From: Fastidiosibacter lacustris
GTDB lineage: Bacteria > Pseudomonadota > Gammaproteobacteria > Francisellales > Francisellaceae
Reading direction: 5' to 3'
Assembly: GCF_003428155.1 (NCBI RefSeq)
Contig: NZ_QLIR01000025.1
Location: 1-24,088, forward strand
Length of the DNA stretch: 24,088 nucleotides
Within the stretch, counting starts at the first letter, position 1, and every line of letters begins with the position of its first letter. Both the position numbers and the translations under genes were made by a program. This document shows, piece by piece, positions 18,944-24,088 of this stretch. The notes under the pieces were generated by a model, which did not search any database, was not told where the DNA came from, and worked only from the letters and a program-made list of their open reading frames with translations.

Positions 18944-19968
18944 AAAGAGCACATGAACTATCGACTTCTCTGATGACTTTCGCTGAAGCTCTGAACAGCG
19001 CACTCGATTATGCACTACAAACTAATCCGGACGTTATTTTACTTGGAGAAGATATTGGCATACCATCAGGTGGAATTTACAGAGTGACGCAGGGACTGGA
19101 AGAGTGCTATGGTGCAAGAAGAGTGATAACAACTCCTATTTCTGAGCAGGGTATTATTGGTATGGGGATCGGTCTCGCTCTTTGCGGGAAGCGACCAGTG
19201 GTTGAAATCATGCTTATGGACTACCTGACAATTGCTTCAGATCAGCTTATTAATCATGCTGCCAAATTTAGGTACACAACAAATGGAGCCAGCCATGTTC
19301 CGCTTACGGTCAGAATGCATGTCGGAGGGGGAACAATGGGTGGAGCTCAGCATTCCCAGTCCCTTGAAGCCTGGCTGACGCATACTCCAGGTCTTAACGT
19401 TATTATGCCTTCCACTCCTGAAGATGCCAAGGGGTTATTATTATCCTGTATAAACAATGATGATCCATGCATCATGCTGGAATGCGTAGAGCTGCTCTGG
19501 TCTGGAGACAGGCATCCTGTTCCAACAGGTGCTCACCAAATACCTTTGGGGAAAGCACGAATTATGAAAGTAGGTGATGATATCAGCCTAATTGCTTACG
19601 GGAGATCGGTTGCCTGGTGTCTTCGTGCGGCTGAACTGGCTAGACAGCGCTTAGGGATTAGCTGTGAAATTATTGATTTGAGGAGTCTTGTGCCTCTTGA
19701 TTTAGACTTAATATTGAACTCTGTAAAAAAAACACGTAGAGCACTTATTGCTCATGCAGCTAGTAAGTTCTGTGGGTATGGGGCTGAAATTGCTTGCCAG
19801 ATCACGGAGTCCTTGCATGCTTGCCTTCATCATCATGTTGTTCGTGTGGGTAGTCTTACGAGTCCTGCCCCCTATTCTATGTTTTTGGAAAAGCAGCACA
19901 TGCCAGATGAAAGTCGTATTTTTGATAAAATAATGGATATCTTTGGTATTACAGGAAATGACAGATGA
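18940..19968 (+). CDS. thiamine pyrophosphate-dependent dehydrogenase E1 component, beta subunit-like
   Basis: 342 aa; LLGEDIGIPSGGIYRVTQGL, TPISEQGIIGMGIGLALCGKRPVVEIMLMDY, EVIDLRSLVPLD-type motif; 4-nt overlap with the alpha gene. Confidence 0.9.
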   Translation: MKRAHELSTSLMTFAEALNSALDYALQTNPDVILLGEDIGIPSGGIYRVTQGLEECYGARRVITTPISEQGIIGMGIGLALCGKRPVVEIMLMDYLTIASDQLINHAAKFRYTTNGASHVPLTVRMHVGGGTMGGAQHSQSLEAWLTHTPGLNVIMPSTPEDAKGLLLSCINNDDPCIMLECVELLWSGDRHPVPTGAHQIPLGKARIMKVGDDISLIAYGRSVAWCLRAAELARQRLGISCEIIDLRSLVPLDLDLILNSVKKTRRALIAHAASKFCGYGAEIACQITESLHACLHHHVVRVGSLTSPAPYSMFLEKQHMPDESRIFDKIMDIFGITGNDR

Positions 19969-20645
19969 TACAGGGCTCTTCATTGCTCAGACTACCAGGA
20001 ATGGGAGGACTACTTGTGGGTTATGCTTTATCTGTTATTGCAGACACATCGGTATATATCGTATTTGCGGTTTGGGCAAAGCAGTTAACTGGAAGTACAG
20101 CTGGAGCAGGACTTGTGTTTTTTTGCTTTATAATACCTTCATTAATCAGTCCCTTGACTGGAAACATTATTGACCACTTCAGGAAAGATAGCACTATTGT
20201 ATTAATTAATCTTTTCATGGCGGCATCAATACTGAGTCTCTATTTTTCTCATGAGCAGCATCAGTACATTTTGCTGCTTGTGTCGGCCTTTATATATGGA
20301 CTTGGTTATGTAATATTCAATTCAGCACGAGTCTGCCTTGTTGTGAACAGCTATGATGAACAGCATATCGGACAAATAAATGCCTTGCTGAGAACACTGA
20401 GAGAATCTGTGAGGCTGGTAGCTCCTTTATTCGGAGTGTATGTCTATACTGTTTTTGGAAATCATGTTTTCGTTTGGTTTGTGAGTTTATCTCTAATTTT
20501 GTCTGCCTTTCTTTTTCTAAATTTTGAAAAAAAGAGCAATGACTATAGCACAGGTAAAGTTTCACTATTTTCGCTACGTGGACTCTGGAATGGAGCTCAG
20601 GGTATATGGTATGACACTATGACACACTTATTCGCTCCTGTGTGA
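19965..20645 (+). CDS. MFS exporter, N-terminal six-helix half (frame-split)
   Basis: 226 aa hydrophobic; 'SLISPLTGNIIDHFRKD' MFS loop 2-3 type motif; overlaps E1-beta by 4 nt. Confidence 0.78.
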   Translation: MIQGSSLLRLPGMGGLLVGYALSVIADTSVYIVFAVWAKQLTGSTAGAGLVFFCFIIPSLISPLTGNIIDHFRKDSTIVLINLFMAASILSLYFSHEQHQYILLLVSAFIYGLGYVIFNSARVCLVVNSYDEQHIGQINALLRTLRESVRLVAPLFGVYVYTVFGNHVFVWFVSLSLILSAFLFLNFEKKSNDYSTGKVSLFSLRGLWNGAQGIWYDTMTHLFAPV

Positions 20646-21163
20646 TTTGTCTTTCAATTACGCTTCTGGTTGCTGGATTTTATGAAATTATCCTTTTTAA
20701 CATCATTGATTACCTGCATCAACCGCTATCTCTCATCGGAAAGTTTATTTCTGCACAAGGAGTCGGGGCAGTGATGGGAGGGTTACTCTCCATAAGACTG
20801 ATAAAGCAGGTCTCACCCGGAATACTAGTCTCAGTGGGTTTTTTTATTCAAGTAGTATTTGCCCAGAACATCCCCTTAATTTATATCAGCTGTGCAATTT
20901 TTGGTTTTGGCGCGCCAGTTTCCATGGTGGGACTGGACACTATGATCCAAACGAAACTTCCTTCTGCCATTCAGGGGAGAGTCAATACTTCACTGGAAGC
21001 CATTACCAGCATTCCGTTTTCCCTATCATTTCTAGTTTCAACTCTTATGACCATTGTGGTTTCCTATAAAATTATGCTGTTTTGTATGGTTGTAGTGACT
21101 ACTTCTGCTGCCTGTTTCCTTTTACTGATGATCAGAAAGGTGAGAAATTACAATGACTCTTAA
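20642..21163 (+). CDS. MFS exporter, C-terminal half (frame-split continuation)
   Basis: 173 aa hydrophobic; 'LPSAIQGRVNTSLEAI' typical MFS second-half loop; frame reads LIRSC upstream of its GTG, consistent with a continuous protein interrupted by an indel. Confidence 0.75.
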   Translation: MICLSITLLVAGFYEIILFNIIDYLHQPLSLIGKFISAQGVGAVMGGLLSIRLIKQVSPGILVSVGFFIQVVFAQNIPLIYISCAIFGFGAPVSMVGLDTMIQTKLPSAIQGRVNTSLEAITSIPFSLSFLVSTLMTIVVSYKIMLFCMVVVTTSAACFLLLMIRKVRNYNDS

Positions 21164-21224
21164 TAATTTTTACGATTTTTACTTTGCTTGAACTGTTAAA
21201 AGTCATATCTGGAGATGAAGAATA

Positions 21225-22094
21225 ATGAAACAAGAAAAGAAGTGGTATTGTCGCAAAGTCAGGCCAACTGCAATGCCACAGCATATTCTTAATGATGGAA
21301 TAAAAATCCCTTTAATTGGTCTTGGTACATATCAACAACCACGCTCATCGCTGATGAATGTATTATTTTCGGCCGTTGAAGACGGTTATCGGTTATTTGA
21401 TACGGCATCAATTTATGATAATCAGAAAATTATTGGTCATTTCATTAAGAGTGTCCCAGTTAATCGACATGAACTATTCATTACAAGTAAAGTCTGGAAT
21501 AGTGATCACGAAAATGTTATCTCCTCAATTAAAAAATCGCTGGATGAGCTTCAGACGGATTACCTTGATCTTTGCCTGATACACTGGCCTGCAACGAAAG
21601 ACGGTAACTTTATCAGAGCGTGGGAATCATTAATTAGGTTACGAGAAAAAAGCCTGATCAGAAGCATAGGGGTCAGTAATTTTACTGCCCAGCAGGTAAG
21701 TTTCCTCTTCGAGGTTACAGGTATCCTGCCAGCAGTAAATCAGATCGAAATACATCTCAGGAATCAGCAGCAAAATATTATTCTGGAAATGTCAGAACTA
21801 GGGATTTTTGTCCAGTCATGGAGTCCTTTATGGACAGGTGATTTGACAGAAACTGAATATTCACGGCTTGCCGGAATGGCGCTGAAGCACAATAAAACAA
21901 TAACCCAGATAATCCTTAGGTGGCATATAGAAAATGGATTTGGTGTAATACCAAAAACTTCACAAGTGGGCAGGTTACTGGAAAACATAAGCATTTTTGA
22001 TATAGAGCTAGACTTAGACTCCGATGATTTGATTTTTTTATCTTTACTCAATATGGATAAGAAGATTATGGAATATCCTGATGACTATGTCTGA
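21225..22094 (+). CDS. aldo/keto reductase
   Basis: 289 aa; IPLIGLGTYQ, GYRLFDTASIYDNQKIIG, YLDLCLIHWP, IGVSNFTAQQV, GFGVIPKTSQVGRLLENI. Confidence 0.9.
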   Translation: MKQEKKWYCRKVRPTAMPQHILNDGIKIPLIGLGTYQQPRSSLMNVLFSAVEDGYRLFDTASIYDNQKIIGHFIKSVPVNRHELFITSKVWNSDHENVISSIKKSLDELQTDYLDLCLIHWPATKDGNFIRAWESLIRLREKSLIRSIGVSNFTAQQVSFLFEVTGILPAVNQIEIHLRNQQQNIILEMSELGIFVQSWSPLWTGDLTETEYSRLAGMALKHNKTITQIILRWHIENGFGVIPKTSQVGRLLENISIFDIELDLDSDDLIFLSLLNMDKKIMEYPDDYV

Positions 22095-22306
22095 TTATGG
22101 CAAAAACTAGATCGCCCGCAAGAAATGGAGGGCTCTGCAAGAAACCCCGTTACATACCAAGGATAGAAGTTAACATTTACCTTTAAACTTGGAAATTTGC
22201 CAAACTTTGCCTCTCAACGAGCAATTAGGAGTCATAGTCATGTTACTATGTTTTTTAGAAACCATTTACATTAAGAGCAAAATAATAAAAAATTATAGGT
22301 GTACTT

Positions 22307-23119
22307 GTGAAGAGTTATAATGATTATGATGCTATAGGTTATGAGAATTCATTAGAAATTGATCACAATAAATCCATGCTAATTGAAGACAGGCAGTTCA
22401 TTAGTTTAGACTGGTCAAAGGTATCCTGCCAAAAGAATATTACCTTTAAAAGGTGTCGTATTCTCAACTCCAACTTCAAGCACGCAAGGTTACATGAACT
22501 GAAGGTTATTGAGTGTGAGATATATAACTGTGATTTTTCACACGCAACTCTAGATGATGCAATTTTTGAAAGAAGTATATTCTATGACAAAGATAATGCA
22601 GTTGGATGTTCGTTCTATAGAGCTGATCTATTAAGATCTCAATTTAATTACTGTAATATCTCAGTAAGTGATTTTGAGCGTGCGGATGCTTTTCAAATTA
22701 CCATAAATAACTGCAAGGCTCAGGGTTGCAATTTTAAATTTACAAATTTCACCAATGTAGTTAGTCGAACGAAAATCTTTAGTTGCGCAGAATTAACAAA
22801 TAGTGATTTTAGGTATTCAGACTTGACTGGTGTATATCTAGCAAAATGTGATCTATCAGGAAGTAAATTAGTTTCGGTGATACTTTCAAGAGTAAATTTA
22901 GAGGAAGCAGATTTAACGAGCACGGACTTTTCACCCAGTCAATATGATGGGATAAAACTACATAAAGCAGATCTAAGGAATTCCAATATTGCTAATATAG
23001 ATATTAAATATATAGATTTTTCTGGGGTGAAAATATTTGAGTGGCAACAAAGCATATTTATGGAAAGTCTAGGTATACTGGTTTTCCCTGAAGGAAAGGA
23101 TGGTTTGAATGGACACTAA
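22307..23119 (+). CDS. Qnr-like pentapeptide-repeat protein
   Basis: 270 aa; right-handed quadrilateral pentapeptide repeats (A(D/N)LXX); 'IYNCDFSHATLDDAIFE...GCSFYRADL' and C-terminal 'GVKIFEWQQSIFMESLGILVFPE' closely resemble the recalled QnrA pattern 'GVKICAWQQ...LEPLGVIVLPD'. Confidence 0.83.
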   Translation: MKSYNDYDAIGYENSLEIDHNKSMLIEDRQFISLDWSKVSCQKNITFKRCRILNSNFKHARLHELKVIECEIYNCDFSHATLDDAIFERSIFYDKDNAVGCSFYRADLLRSQFNYCNISVSDFERADAFQITINNCKAQGCNFKFTNFTNVVSRTKIFSCAELTNSDFRYSDLTGVYLAKCDLSGSKLVSVILSRVNLEEADLTSTDFSPSQYDGIKLHKADLRNSNIANIDIKYIDFSGVKIFEWQQSIFMESLGILVFPEGKDGLNGH

Positions 23120-23319
23120 AATTTTATTTTTTTACTAGGGCTCGTGTTAAAGTACGTGCGCTGAGCCGCCATTTGCTAGATCTTCAGAAGTGCCGAAAAA
23201 TAATATATTAGCACTTTTTGTGTTTTTTTACTGCTCAAGTATTTCAAAATGAATCTTGCCTTGTATAATGCCCCTCATATCACTACCGACACCGGCTCTT
23301 CTTCTAGGAACTTTAAACT

Positions 23320-24029
23320 ATGGATGAATCTCCGATCTTATCTGTTGAAGAAATTGCCTTTTGTCTGACAAAGAAAAGTCCGTTAAACCAAATTGCATGT
23401 GCAATTATGCTGGGGTGTTTTAAAATACACATTAGGTTCCCCTTGTCTGATGAAGCTCCATTACTTCTCAAGTTGTCTTCAAAAGTTTCGGCTGAATTAG
23501 AGCTAGAACAACAGAATATTTTTGAGTTTGATTGGAGTAGTCGTACCGCAGAAAGGTATCGCAACAATATTAGACAGCTGCTAGGCTATAGAGAAGCTAC
23601 AAATGAGGATGCCTCACCATACATTAATTATTTGCAAAATGAGTATTACCAAAATTCCCTTCCAAAGAGATTATATTGGCGCAGTCACGTTTATATTTTG
23701 AACGGCATAAAATTGAGCAATTCTCCGTAAAACAAATAAACCGTTATATAATTTCAGCACAGCAACAATTTGAGCAATCCTTCTTTCAAAGTATTTTTGA
23801 TAACTTAACGCCAGACGATTGTTTTTTGATTGATCAAATTCTTACAACCAGTACTGAGAAAATTAAAATTGAGAAGGTAAAGGGCGACGATATTAATTTA
23901 GCCATAAAAAAGATTGAACAACTCAGTAAAATGAAGCTTCCCAAACATGTATATATTAATATGTATAAGTTTAGACTTGACCTGACAGTTGCCTATTTTT
24001 CAAACGCGATTTTTGTCAGATATGGTTGA
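23320..24029 (+). pseudogene. Tn3-family transposase N-terminal region (DUF4158-type), frameshifted remnant
   Basis: ORF 23320..23730 'ILSVEEIAFC...FDWSSRTAERYRNNIRQLLGYREAT' continues in another frame at 23676..24029 'YFERHKIEQFSVKQINRYIISAQQQFEQSFFQSIFDNLTPDD'. Confidence 0.7.
23964..23999 (+). repeat. right copy of the diverged repeat flanking the accessory segment
   Basis: See 14649..14684; encodes YKFRLDLTVAYF inside the transposase-like ORF. Confidence 0.7.
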
Positions 24030-24088
24030 GCAATTCAACCTTCTCTTGCCAGTGCGTTTTCCCATCAGTAAAAGTTGCTATTGGTGTT

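Noticed and set aside
22097-22186. 29-aa ORF MAKTRSPARNGGLCKKPRYIPRIEVNIYL after the reductase, as a second precursor
   Set aside because: No Shine-Dalgarno sequence and no recognisable leader/core layout; likely chance or element debris.
1-24088. CRISPR arrays, toxin-antitoxin or classical restriction/anti-phage modules
   Set aside because: No regularly spaced direct repeats, cas-like ORFs, or recognisable defence gene pairs were found. The nuclease at 3770-4603 looks secreted and stand-alone.

Overview
The window starts with a 5S rRNA gene, followed by the housekeeping run hemA-prfA-prmC on + . Next is a secreted DNA/RNA non-specific endonuclease, then a tightly overlapping minus-strand operon: serC, a cmk-AGE-epimerase fusion, a YqiA-like esterase, four aryl-polyene/FAS-II type genes, dapF, and an AstE/AspA-like deacylase. 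An outer-membrane beta-barrel gene follows. From about 14.64 kb to the window end is a distinct accessory segment. It holds an unannotated 59-aa ORF with a strong Shine-Dalgarno and a frame-split radical SAM/SPASM enzyme. It continues with a ~102-aa protein, a cupin-like protein, orphan TPP-dependent E1-alpha/E1-beta subunits, a frame-split MFS exporter and an aldo-keto reductase. Last come a Qnr-like pentapeptide-repeat protein and a decayed Tn3-family (DUF4158-type) transposase. The gene content and overlaps suggest a peptide-derived natural product (RiPP-like) cluster, possibly aimed at DNA gyrase with the Qnr-like protein as self-protection; that target is inference only. The two split ORFs and the transposase remnants suggest the locus may be decaying, or that it contains single-base sequence errors. 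Product names come from recognising motifs and family-typical sequence by eye; no database search was run.
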